Shown: positions 12,308-40,492 of the stretch, piece after piece
Layout of the letters: each line of letters starts with the position of its first letter
How positions within the stretch are numbered: position 1 is the first letter of the stretch
Notes under the pieces: model-generated
Told to the model about the DNA's origin: nothing
Database searches by the model: none
Seen by the model: the letters and a program-made list of their open reading frames with translations, nothing else
Translations under genes and position numbers: made by a program
DNA from: Chrysomallon squamiferum
Taxonomy: Eukaryota; Animalia; Mollusca
Direction of reading: 5' to 3'
Length of the DNA: 64,000 nucleotides
Assembly: GCA_012295275.1 (NCBI GenBank)
Contig: CM022666.1
Coordinates: 3,658,001-3,722,000 of the forward strand

Positions 12308-14155
12308 AAAATACAATTGACTTATCTCAGATAAATGATACTCAACAACTATCAATACTAAATTATGTCTGTATTATTAAATATTTATATATTCATTCAT
12401 TTATACATATGTTTTGGGGTGGGTTTTTTTCAGATGATCCTCTGTTGGTTATCACTGACTTTGGCTGCTGTCTCTATGACAACCAGAGTCTTGAAGTTCC
12501 TTACAACACCATTGAAATACCAAAAGGTGGAAATAGTGCTCTTTTGGCACCAGAGGTAAATGAAACAAATATTGTGGTGTGGTGTGATGCTTTTGCAGTT
12601 GTGGAGCTGAATTGTATTAAACTGTACTAAACTATTCGGTACTATATGAAAAGTTTAATTCCAAAATGTGATAAATGCCAAAATCAGAATTTAAGAAAAC
12701 CCAAATGTTCAGCTTTTGATGGCTGTTCAGTGACCCATAATCATGTTCCCAAATATTCTATATCCACTGCTGATCTATGCAGTTGACTTCAGACCTTTGT
12801 TCCATAATGCGATAAACCCTAAAGCAGAAATAGCCACATTTCTCAAAACAAAGAAAATGGATCTATAGCATTTTGGAACCAAACTCTTCATATTATACTA
12901 TACTGTAATAATACAGCCATACCATACCATTTATTTACTTCTCTTTGTTTAAATTTATTTTCATTTCTATTTTTTATTATTAGCAATTTTTTTTTTTTTT
13001 TTTTTTTTTTTTACGGAATGTTCCTTAAGCATGCACGTGTGCACAGACAGACACACACACACACAGACACACACACACACACACACTCTCTCTCTCTCTT
13101 TGTATCTGTGCTAACTTGAATTTAAAAAATGCATTTATTTATAACAGATTGCTTGTACAAAACCCGGATGGCTGTCCACACTAGATTACAGAAAATCAGA
13201 TTTATGGACAGTTGGAACTCTTGTTTATGAAATATTTGGTGAAGAAAATCCTTTCTACAAACTGGATACAGTCGGATATACAGAGAAAGATCTTCCAAAT
13301 CTGCCTGGTAAACATATTAAATTGTTTTTAATCTTCTGAGTTGCAAAGGTGGAAGAATGAATGAAGCCAAAAAGGAAAAAGAATAATAATAAAGAAAAAA
13401 TATTTATTTAGCAACTGTTCAGATGATACATTTTAAAATTAAAATTCTTAGTAATAAAACTATAATAATAGTCTGAAAAAGATGAAGTACTGTTCTTATA
13501 AATGAACAATGAAATGATTAATGTCTCTCTATCTATCACTCACTCACACATATACACTGTAAACCTAACATAAATTTAATAACTGTTTTTTCATTGAAAT
13601 AATATTTTCAGATAATTGTCCAGGGATAGTGAGAAAATTAGTTTCCTGCTTACTTCAGAGAGAGCCACATAAGGTATGATTTTTCATCTTTTAAAATATT
13701 TTTTATAAATTTCATTATTTCTTTATGATTATTAAATTATACAAAATGCAACTAGTATTTCTGCTATAAGTTCACTTTGTAAAAAAAATACTTTTACTTT
13801 TCTCAGATATATAACAATTTAATGTGTTTCTTTAAGTTTTCATAGATATATATATAAGATAACTTTTTTAACCCATTATCACCTTTTTATGTTACTATAG
13901 AGACTGGAACCAGCTATAGCAGCCAATGTGATGCAGTTACTTTTGTGGGGGCCTTCTCATTGGTCAGTTGTCAAACCATCCAGGAAGGAGGTTTTTGATT
14001 GGCTGCTGTCCTTCTGTCGTCAGGTCACATGTGAAGATATCTGTACACAAATGACCAATTCTGAAGCCAGCGTGGAACACATTCTTAGACAAACGTTTCT
14101 TTCGAGAGTTCGTTTTTCAGAATTAGTTGAAGCTGTGAACTTTCTACGTGCTTAG
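8337..14155 (+). CDS. PINK1: PTEN-induced kinase 1 (mitochondrial ubiquitin kinase), 10 exons, ~680 aa
   Basis: Kozak GCACCATGG at 8337. Exons: 8337-8753, 9263-9425, 9790-10128, 10584(or 10569)-10761, 10985-11164, 11795-11961, 12434-12555, 13148-13307, 13612-13673, 13901-14155 (2043 nt, in frame). Motifs: TM [95 protein letters not shown]. Confidence 0.95.
12648..12889. mobile_element. MITE (~242 bp) with imperfect TIRs and an ATAT target-site duplication, PINK1 intron 7
   Basis: Left end GAAAAGTTTAATTCCAAAATG versus reverse complement of right end GAAGAGTTTGGTTCCAAAATG. ATAT flanks both sides (12644-12647, 12890-12893). Confidence 0.75.
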
Positions 14156-16143
14156 ATAGTCCAACATACAGATTATTTAGTGATAAACAGTCGGTTACTA
14201 ATAATGGATAAATGGGACAGATGTTTTCATAAAATTATTTTTACTTTTCTTATGACTATTTAATAATCAGGAGTATATTTAATTAAAAGTAGTCTATCTA
14301 AAAATCTATTGTCATTTTTTATTGTTACCATATTTTAATATCTCAATATTTTGTGTCTTTTTTTCCCCCAAAAACTTTGTTTTTAGTCTTGTTTGGTCAT
14401 CTTTTTGCTGTAACATAATGAAATATTTATATAATTTGTAACTGATGAGTCATTAATTAATAATTTGACTATGCAAATATTTTGTTTTGGGATGATTTTC
14501 TCAGAACTTATAAATTCAGCTTTACTAGTTCTTCTTATTCATCAATAGAAATGCTTTATTTCTGGTGTTCTTTTGATTTATAAGTTAATTATGTATTAGT
14601 TCAGTATTTGAATTTTTAATAATGGTTTCTGTTATACATTTAGCTCAGTTTAAAGAATTTATTTAGTTTTATTTGTTATTTAAATTTGTTGAGTTTGTGA
14701 GATTTTGAATAAATCGTTAACACCTGTTATTTATTTATTTATTTGTTCTTTTTTTATTATTATTATTATTACTGCTTTATTTTTGTTTTTTTTAAATTAT
14801 TTCTTTAATATTACTGCTTTATTTTTGTTTTTTTTAAATTATTTCTTTAATATTACTTTATAATGTTTAATCTTTTTAAGTATATCCTTTTATCACCTTA
14901 TTTGAAAGATAGTGTAGTAATCCTGTATTAAAAATGTGTATTTCTACAGTGACTTCTTACATGGGAATTATTTAAGAATAAATAATAATTTGTTTGGACA
15001 ATAACAGTTTGGTAAATACAATCACAGAACATATTCAGACAATAATGACTGTTTTGTAATAAAACATTTCAGAAAATGCCTAATATAAAAATGTGTATAT
15101 ACAGCATACACATATACATACATATATACATGTATGTATGTATGTGTATATTTATGTATGTATGTATGTGTGTATGTGTATGTATATGTATATGTATATC
15201 TGTGTATATTTATGTGTATATATGTAAAGGGCTCAAAATGTGTCTGAAATATATGATGGACAAAAAAACAATTGAGCCACTAAATATTCTTTTTGAAAAA
15301 AAATTCAGTGGCCCAATTAAAAAATACTCATATTTTAGCTTTTAAGTGAAGGAAAATACGCTCTTGATCATAAACTTTTGAAGTAAGATTTAAAAATATG
15401 CTTCAGAGAGACACTTGTGCAAATATATCAATACATATATACTTATTTGTTAGGATAGTACAGCAGTAAAAACAGCATATTTCCTCAGACAATTTCTCTT
15501 CCTCTGACAAACACATACATATTTTAAAATAAATAACAATTTATAACACAAGACAAAACATAAAATAGACATTTTTATTTATTTTCTGTTTGATTAGATT
15601 GTAATCAGTAAGGTAACAGATTATTATACGTGGTTTTATTTTTTGTTCATAATCATCCCAGCTTCAATGTAATGTATAACAAAAATCCGTATGATGTGTG
15701 AATTAACTACAAAAGAAAAAGAAATATTTAAATCATCACTTGAAAAAGGAAAAAGTGTGGATAGATATTTGTAATAAAAAGAAGCATTGATCATATCTTG
15801 TGAAAAAAAAAAATAATAATAAAAAAAAATTGATTGTTACATGTTAAACATGCTGATTTTTGTACATGGTCTGAAATAGGAAAAAGCTACTCCTGCTAAA
15901 TATGGGTTACCCCTAAGAGTATTAATAACTTTCATATTATATTATTTTCAAATATATTCCTGACATACATTTTCAATTTATTTATTATTTTATTTATAAA
16001 AAGCCTATGTCATCCAGACTGGAGGTTTATAAAAAAAAAAAAAAAAAATCAAAAAAATTAATAAAATATATATATTGGCTTTATTTCAGTAAACTGATCA
16101 GTAAATAAAATTAAAACATTCAAGCTATAATTAAAACAATAAT

Positions 16144-16178
<35 letters not shown>

Positions 16179-18517
16179 AAATACATAATCACACATAATC
16201 AAAATGATCATTCTAATAGATACATTATTAAGTTAAACCAATATTTAACAACAACAAACATAATACTCAAGTGACTGTGTTAATTAGTGTGTGAATTTTT
16301 TCACTCAATTTTCTATTAAAACAAAATGTAAAGTTATTAATAATAATTTAAAATGACTGGATAAATCTTTGCAATTAAATGAATACAGTAAAATAAATAA
16401 AATTAATAAATAAAATGTATCGTATTTGTTTCAATTTTATTCTCAGCTTTCAAAAAATAAATATATAAAGACGGTACATTAATCTGTAATTTAATATAAT
16501 GCTTATACTTTATAATTATAAATTTACTGCAAGGTTAATTTTTATTTGGTTATAATTTTAATTTTTGTTCAAGTTACCATAGTATCTCCTTCACATAATA
16601 AAAACATGCAACAATCACTACATTTTTATAATCTAGATTAAACAACAATTTGGTTTTGTCTGTAATACATAAAAAGGTAATTATTTTAAAACAATAAATA
16701 ACAAAAAATATCACTTTATGCTATGCAGATATTAAGATATTGCTACTTTGTATTGTATACATACAAAACATTCATGTTAAAAAAAAAGTATCAATAGTTA
16801 GGACAACAGTAATAATAAGAAGACAGCAATAAAAATGACATCTTTACACCATATACAAAAATGTATACAGTTTCCAACAGTAGGTTTAAATAAATAATTA
16901 ATTTAAACAGGATCAAATGTTTTCTATCTTTGCAGAAATCCAGATATGGATAGATGTTAGATCTGAAGTATGAAACAAATATTCTACAAAAACGATAGTT
17001 TTATTGTGAAATAAACTACAGAAACTGAATTAAGCATTTCTACTGATACCATTTCATGCTTCAGATCCAAAATAAGTGTATTTCAGGAATATTGCATACT
17101 AGTTTAATTAAGATATTTTTAAATGTTTAATGTAAATCTCAAGTCAGGTTGTGACCTTTGTCCCATCATATAAACTTTTTACATTGCTATATATATAATT
17201 GATGATGAATTATACAATGGCATTGTTAATATTTAAATATTAAACGTGTTACTGAATGTCAGATGTGATGAATATACAGATGAAAGGAAAGATAAAGAGA
17301 GAATAAATAAATTAACAAGTGTATTCTGAATCCATGCAAACTTTTGTATTATTATTAGCTATGTAAGAATAAAATAAAATAAATAAAATAAAATAAAGTA
17401 TTTGAAATGGCAATAAAACCAATACATTTTTTGCGCCATCAAAGAGTTTTTGCTTGATTTAAACATTATCTTTAAATATTTAAATTTAAGAATTTTATAT
17501 TATATATTTAGTTAACTCTGAAAAAGAAGTAGATAAATAAATGTCTACAAATATTTCACATTATACGGTTATGAATTTCAAAATAAAAATGTTATTTATA
17601 AAAACAGGGTAATAGTGGTTTCTATTTTTTGAATTTATTTAATTATTTTTTTAAAACCATTATGAGTGATAATTAAATCACAACAATAATAATAATAAAT
17701 TAACTAATAAATTGGAAAATAATTTAACTGTTTTCAAAATAATAATGGTATATACAATACCAAGTGCAGCAATAACAAAATTTTACTGAATATATTTTCT
17801 GTGTAATAAATAATGTGGTTTACATTTTATTTTCAGTTTGAAATTATTTCAATACAAAAGGTGCAAAGAAATGATTTAAATACAGAAAAATAAAACATTT
17901 CTGCTATTATATTCAAACGTAAAAAATATAATTACAGAATATTACTTAATAAAAGAAAACTAAGCCATACAATATAATACAATGAGAAAAGAAATAATAA
18001 TACTGCATATAAAATAAAAACTTTAAAAATTGGCACTCTATTATTGTATAGACTAAAAATTTAGCACTAGACAGCAAAACTCAATCATAATTGGACAGAT
18101 TTTTATTAATTTTTTAATCCACATAACAGTAAATTTTAGAACTTTTTTTTAATTGATTTCAAATCTAATTACAGTTTTGGATAGCATCATAGTATATTTT
18201 TTATTTTCGAATGATAAAAATTAAAACATTAAAAATATAAAGATAGATAATAAAGAATTAAAAATGATTAAAACAAAATAATTTTATATTGATTTTAAAG
18301 AAAAATAATTTTAAAATAATTTAAAAAAAAAAAATAATTTTAAAATAATTTAAAAAAAATAAATAATTTTAGAATGATTTCAAAAAAATAATAAAATAAA
18401 ATAAAAACGAAATGAAATTAACAGACATTTCTCATTTGATAAAGATGTTTTCCAAAAATAGGTACATTTACGTGTACGTATCTACAAGAGTTTTTGAACT
18501 GGTTATTTACACCATTG

Positions 18518-20610
18518 TCACCGACTAGGAGTTCTGTAAAGTGAAGTCCTGTTAGCAACAAAATTCACCACCATAACACTGATATTATCCACAGACCCTC
18601 GGTAATAGGCCTGCAGGACAAGACTCTTTGCACCAAAATGAGGCTCGTTCAGTCGCTCCTTCACGTACTCCACAGCTTCGTCGTTACTGAAGCAATCCCA
18701 CAATCCATCAGTGGCTAGAATCATAAACATTGGCTGGAGGTGATTGAGATCGAAGGTTAAAATGTCAGGGTCAGCTATGACCAGGTTTTTCTCTTTCAAT
18801 GGGTAGTCCCCCAGAGCTCTCGATGTTGCTAGGACTCCGGCTACCCTCCAGACACCATTAAAACTGATGAAACCCCCAGCTTGCCGAATTCTGTTTCTCT
18901 CTTTAACCTATAAAAATAATAATCCTTTTAGTGTTAATCTACTACATTAATTTATAATAATAATTAAAACCGATGGGAACCTCTAGCTTGCCAAATTTGT
19001 TTTCTCTTTAACCTAGTAGTATAATAATCCTTCTAACGTTAATTTTCAATATTAATTTATTCATAATAATTAAAACTGATGTTACAGTAATAATTGAAAC
19101 TAACATAAATTCCTGATTCTTTAAAATCTAAGCCTATTCTATTTCATTCTTGTATTTAAATTAAAAATATAAAAATAAAAGTGAATTATTATGTGAATAA
19201 GAATTAAAATAACCATTTTCAGTCAATAATATTTAAACCTTTCTAACTCTTTCTTTAATCATGCTTAAATTAAAAAATAAATTTAAGAAAATAAAAATTA
19301 TAATTAAATTATTTGTATTTTATTTAACGATAACCAAAACTAACAACATGAAAGCATATAAACAAATAAATCATTAAAAAAAAAATGGGAATGGTAAGTA
19401 ATTTATCTTTATCATAATTTGAACTTATAAACGGCAGATTTCACTGTATTTGTGCACATTTCTGACAATTTGCAGCTACATTTTAACAAAGATCTTACCA
19501 GCTGTGGTTTGTGGTCAAAAGACAGTGGTATCATCTGGCCATCTTTATCACATATGACACCCCTCGAGTCCCCAACATTTGCCACTGTCAGCTGGTTGTC
19601 ATGAAGCAGGGCAACTAAAGCTGTAGTTCCTGCAAAAAACATTTTTTATAATATATATATATATATATATATATAAAATCTTTAGAAACTAATTAATTAG
19701 TATTTGTAATTAGGTAATACTTTAATTATAAAACTTTTTAAAAGGTATATATATATATAGAGAGAGTTAGTATATATATATACAGAGAGAGAGAAAGAGA
19801 GATTACGTAACTGACTTCTAACTACAAAAAATTAACTAATTCAAAAAGAAAACCATAACAAAAAAACGCTTGAATATATTGTTTATTGTTTACATCAGCA
19901 AATCTTAGTTAAACTTAATACAAAAATTCTATATGGTTTAAAGGATTTTTTTTAATAAAATTACTATATATTATCTATATCATCAAGACCACAGAAAAGC
20001 ACTATTCCTTTGAGATAAACTATTTGACTCCTTTATAATTAAAATTTCTCCATGCGTTACTGAAACCTAAAGAGTAGCATTTAAAGTTTGGTAATAAATA
20101 TGTAAAAACTTAAAACATACTGAGTATTATTACCAAAGAACACTACAACAAGTATGAATGTTGTGAAATTAAGGAATCCTGCCTGATTCACTTGCCTGAT
20201 ATTTCCATTGTTTCTTTGCAAATTTCCAAAAGTTGTTTATCAACGATTAACATCTCTTCCATCAACATGGCACTCATGTTGCAAGTTTCTTCTGCCAGAG
20301 AAGCCCGCAGAAGACGAATCATGATGCTCTTAAAAAGTGTTTTTTCCACAAAATCAGCTGCAAACTGGGATATAAAAATAAAATATAATGATAAATGAAT
20401 TAAATTTTAAAAATTGATAATAATAATAAAAAAAAAAAAATTTTATAAATAAAACAGCCTATACACATATATATAAAATAATACATGATTCCAATAATTC
20501 CAAAGCTAAATTTTAATAATTTATAACAAATACAATGTAGCTATAAGAAAAAAAAAAATGTTTTAATAATAATTTCTATTATTTATTTATGTTACCTAAA
20601 TTTGCCTAAC

Positions 20611-20704
<94 letters not shown>

Positions 20705-21094
20705 AATTCAATGCAACACCTCGCCTCCATGACCATCAAATATCCCATAAATTGAGGTATCTGTGTGTTCAAGATAATTAACAACGTTGAATCGATCTTC
20801 CATATGAGGCCGACGTCCTTGGATAGCAAACACAGCGACATTTTCTTTCTTTAATTCCCAAGACGCTTTTGTCTGCGATTCAGTTATTATAGTGTCACTC
20901 TCTTCAGGTATTATGCCATAGTGACCACGAAGTTTTAGCTGCAGCTTAACCTGTGCCCGTCTTGCATACCTCCACAGAGGTTTCACATGCATGAACGAGT
21001 TGTAAAGCAGCAGGAGTAAAATAAATAAAATAAAGGCTTCCGGACTAAAGACGTACACTTTAGCAAACCTGCTAATTGATGCTACCAGTGTCAT
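18518..21094 (-). CDS. PPM1L: Protein phosphatase 1L (PP2C-epsilon, membrane-anchored), 4 exons, 354 aa
   Basis: Exons: 20720-21094, 20196-20364, 19499-19629, 18518-18907 (1065 nt). N-terminal TM PEAFILFILLLLLY. PP2C motifs IQGRRPHMEDRF, GIFDGHGG, SGTTA, VANVGDSRGV, LSFDHKP, FNGVWRVAGVLATSRALGDYPLK, ILATDGLWD, GSVDNISV. Intron 2 is GC-AG. Confidence 0.96.
18858..19081. repeat. 106-bp tandem duplication spanning the PPM1L intron 3/exon 4 junction
   Basis: Units start at 18858, 18964 and (stub) 19070 with TTAAAACYGATG. The second unit is a decayed copy of the acceptor and the first ~50 nt of exon 4. Confidence 0.85.
20616..20701. repeat. (GA)n microsatellite 19 nt from the PPM1L exon 1 donor
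   Basis: Uninterrupted GA run. Confidence 0.95.
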
Positions 21095-21840
21095 GGTGTT
21101 TTTCACGCTAACAACTTCGAATTAACATTGCAGTACAAAAAGCAATGCTTTCTAAAGTTATCTGTCATCTTTCTACCACCATACTTGACTGTGCATGAAG
21201 GGAAAAAACAAATGTGACAGCCGCTTCCGGTTACACATAGTAGTTTTGTTATTGTTAATTCCTCTTTTTATTACGGCGGAACTTTCGTTTTGATCTTCTT
21301 TTTTTCTGAAAAAGCTCAAATGCAAACTGTATAATATTTATATCTTATTTAGCAAAGCTTGATACGTATTCCATATACTCTGACTGTTTAGTCTTTATTA
21401 TTTTTTCAACATCAATTATTTTAACGGTTATAAATACATTTATCTATTTTAAAGGTATGCCTGCATGGGTTTTTTTCCAGTATTAATTTAATTAATATAT
21501 GTTTTCTCTTTAACTTGTGATGCTTTCATTCTTATAATTTTTATGAGTAATTGTGATATCTGAATAAATATTAATCATTTGAATACTCAAGTAAGAAAGT
21601 ATATATTATTTGACCATAGAATTATTTAGAATGAGAAGGAAAAAAACATAAACGACAAAACTAAAATGGCATCTCCCATAGTTTTTTAAAATGTTATGAT
21701 TTGTTTAGAATAAATTAAAAATGCTGAGTGCTTTGTCTGGAATAAAAACATTTGAATCTGTTTATAAAGCGTAAATCAGGAACAAAACAAAATTAAGTTT
21801 TAAAAATAAAATCATTTTGTTTAGGACTGAAAGTAAGAAC
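21095..21840. promoter_or_regulatory. Bidirectional promoter region PPM1L/RCBTB
   Basis: Divergent ATGs are 747 bp apart, with an ETS/GABP-type GCTTCCGGT at 21223-21231. A TTTGTTTAG acceptor ending at 21824 suggests an upstream non-coding RCBTB exon (candidate donor AAG|GTATGC at 21454/21455). Confidence 0.6.
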
Positions 21841-36117
<14,277 letters not shown>

Positions 36118-37498
36118 CATCCGTGTTGCAGTTGATACACCATATCAACTTTCTGTTTAGACATTAAAGACACTTTATCCAAAGTATTTTAAATTATTAA
36201 GCTTTTTTTTTTTTTACGGAATGCTTTTTCAGATGTTATCAGCATTCCTCTGTGACCAAATTTTGAAAAATTTCATTTTTTTTTTTTTAAATTAAATTGT
36301 TTGTTTTTATCCAAAAAAAAAAAAGTGTGATTTCTGAATCATTATTTTATGATATTGTGATTTAATGAATTTTAAAAAAAGCAGTTTTATTATTAAGATA
36401 CACCTAGCTATGTTGTTTTAACGTTTTATTGTCAAACAAAAACAAAAATTGTTGGGTTTTTTTCAAACTAAATGATGGAAGTTTGCATTCCTTTTCCAAA
36501 AATCCATCACAATGATCTTTCTAAAGCCTTTAAAGGTTTTGGTTTTTTTGATTTTCACCAAATGTGAAATGTTACCTAGGATTCTAAAGTTTTCAAAACA
36601 CATGCATGTTTGACTTTTAAAATAATATTCATTGTTAAAATATTTCTTGAAAATCTTTATTCAGAAAGAATTCCACACATTCAAAACATCACAATGTCCT
36701 ACAGTTATTATAACTATAAATATTCAGAATATTGAATTAACAATGGTTGTAAGAAAATGGTAAGATTAACCAAACTTCAAACTGACTAGTACTTGACTTG
36801 TTTATTTTTATTTACATTTTTTAAGGGATTTTACTTCTTTTTTTTTCTTTTCATTTGTTTGTTGGTTGTTTAGTTGTTTCGTTTTATCTTGCTTGACATT
36901 ATTGAATTCGTTAAAATGTAATCTTCATTTGGCTTTGATAACTGTCATTCAAAAGACTTAACTTTTCCTGTAACTTTCTGTTCTTCCTTCCAGTCCGATC
37001 TTTATCTCCCACTATCATTTTCCTTAAACTCTTTTACAAAAAGGATTGTCCCCTGCCTTGTTGCACTTAATTATTTTATTGGAGTTTGATAATGGAGTGA
37101 GGGAGTTAAAATATTACCAAAAATTTCATGATTTTAAACATGTATGTTGTCTCATGAACGCAATTAGAGTTAGCTTTCCTTATTTTGTGTGTTTGTTAAG
37201 GAAGAAATATTTCAAAGGTTAAAATGATTTTACATTAAGTTATTTCATGAATATAATTAACAAAATAATGGTGGAGTTGGCTTTCTTTATTTTGTACATT
37301 TGTTATTTCATGGCAATAATTCAGCAAGAATTAATTTCTTTGTTGTATCATACTGAAGTATGATTCTAGAGGTATGTTTGTTGTTGAATTTTTAATTTAC
37401 TATTTGTTGTATTTTAATGTTTTGATGTACACATCAAGTACATAATATTTGTATTTTTACTTAATTTTACTTTTGTTTTTATCTCTGTTTAATTATAC

Positions 37499-37655
<157 letters not shown>

Positions 37656-37898
37656 TCTTTCTGTCTTGTTTATTTGTATACAAAATGCTGGTGCTTGTTT
37701 CTGTTATGATACTTATTTACATATAACAATAACAATGCAGAGACAATGAAATAAATAAATAGTCTAGATTTGTCAAGATCCAAAGCAAAATGTTAAAGTT
37801 TTATTTGAAGTTTAATCAGTTTTATAGTAACTGTCTAGTAGTAATAGTATTTTTCTTACTGTTGTTAGCTTTATTAATAATAATCAGCATTAGTATCT

Positions 37899-37934
<36 letters not shown>

Positions 37935-38013
37935 CTTTTCTATTTCAAAGTGTTATTTTGTTTTTAAGTCATTAGTTCAGGTATCATCCAATATAATTTA
38001 TATCTTAAAATAT

Positions 38014-38047
<34 letters not shown>

Positions 38048-40058
38048 CATTTATTGATTTATTTATTTATTTATTCATTCATTCATTCATTCATTCATTT
38101 ATGTAATTTTATTTTTCTGTTATTTTTAAAAATTTTATATATTATTATTATTTTTTTTTAATTTTTATGGGAATGGGTTATTAGTTTATTATTATTAGTA
38201 GTAGTAGTTTTTATTCATTCATACATTCATTCTTCGATTCATTTTTTTAGGGATATTTTTCAGTTTAATATTACAGTAATTTACATAGGCCGTTTTATCC
38301 AGCTATTGTGATAAATAATGTTTTGTATATATATTTAGCTAGATATTTACAGTATGATTGCAAATTAATGATACAAAATGGACTATATAAATTGCTGTTT
38401 AATCTGAAAATGTATAGTTATGTTTATAATATGTTTATTATTGTACATATATTCAGTTTAAAATACTTGTACACACATTTGCACAAGTCCACATACACAG
38501 ACAGACACATACAACACACTCATAGATATACACAGACACACACAGAAATATTAGTTTTTTTTTTGTTTTTTTTATATATATTTTGTTAGACAATTATATA
38601 TGACAATTATTCCAGTTATTTGTTTTTAAAATTCTGTTGTTACAAAATGCCCAAACAAACAATGACATACACACACATAGACACACTATACTGTAACACG
38701 TCTTGATAAAGTAATTTAGTATTTTTGTTCATTTCATCAAAGCTCACCTTAATTGTTTGTGTTGAGGTGGGGGGTTTTTGGGGGGATTGGGTTTTTTTTG
38801 CTTTCTTTCACTTGTTAATTTTGTTTTTATTTCTTTGCTTACAACAATTTTTCTAATGACTTTATTCATTACATTTTTTTTATTTTCATTGCTCTGGAGT
38901 AGCATTTCCCATCTTTAAACAAGTATGGAAGATTTTTTCCATTTATTTTATTTTATATTGTTAATGTAACAGCAATGTCTAAGTATAAAGGGCTTCTTTC
39001 TTACTATGACTTTCAGTGTGTAATGTCTACCAACATATGCATGTCAGTCTGGTGATTATATGCATTTTTCCATTAAATGTGTGATATAAAATTAGCAAAT
39101 TAAGGAGTAGGTTCTTAGTCATGTTTATAAAACGCAACCCAACTTTTACAAGAATTAATACGGTAACAATGTTGTTTTTGCCATAAAAGTTATATTTTTT
39201 ATTATGATTATTTTATTTATTTTTTTACTATTATTATTTTATTTATTTTTTTATTTATGTATTTATTAAGCTTTTTAATATTATGGAATTTTTTTTTATT
39301 ATTTTCTTATTTTTTATATCTTTAATTTCCATTAAGTAATATTATATTAATTATCAATACATATTTACTTATTTACTTTCTGTACTTTTTGATTTTGCAG
39401 AATTATTGCTTTTATTTTTTTTATTTATTTATTTATTTTGTTTACATTTCATACAAAATAGAGAGTTAAGAGTCTGTTTTAGATTTAGTTTTAATTTAAT
39501 TTAGTTTCAGTGTCATTCATTTTAATTTAAGTGTCATGTCACTTCATTCCAAGTTTGCAATTAATTTTTGTCGGTCTGCAAAGAGGACCAAATAAAGCTT
39601 GACAGAATTAAGTTCTAAGTGTTGTTGTGTGTGCGTCCATTTTTATCACACAAACACACATATACACAGGTGTTTTACATTTATTTTCACTCCAGTACAC
39701 AAATTATATTTACATCTTCTTAATACCTGTCGCGTATGAGATGGATAACATAATAATAACCATACCGATAGTATTAGTTGTGAAAGAATTAACCAATTTA
39801 CAGCTTCCCTTTCTTATTGTAGCAAGTGACCACGTTGAGTGAATTATTAAATTTGGATAAATTAATTACCTGTCTCTATGTCGTTCTGTTTATTTTCCAC
39901 TTGAAAATGTTCCCTAGACTAACGCGTTGTCCGGAATTGTACTACGTATCGATATTAAATAAGGAAGGATTTTCGCCGCCATTTTGCCAAATGCTGCTCG
40001 ATTTTCCACCCTTATTTTTAATATAGATTACTTAAGTAGATCATATAACTATTACTTG

Positions 40059-40102
<44 letters not shown>

Positions 40103-40258
40103 GAATACTAAAATACCAATCGAAATGATATAAGTAAAATGTTGATAACAATGACGAGGATGTTTAAAGAATGTAAAAGATGATTCGTTCCAATGTCAGA
40201 TATTAAATGTATATATTTTCACATACTATTTATTTTACTACTACTACTACACTACTTA

Positions 40259-40290
<32 letters not shown>

Positions 40291-40443
40291 ATGATAATAA
40301 TAATAATTATTATTATTATTATTATATTTGTAATTGTACAAATCAGAACAAAACCAATTTTATAAGTATTTTTAATTTCTTTTACTGTTAATTATTTAAA
40401 AAAAAAAAAAAAATTATATAATTTTTAAAATATATTATTATTT

Positions 40444-40492
<49 letters not shown>

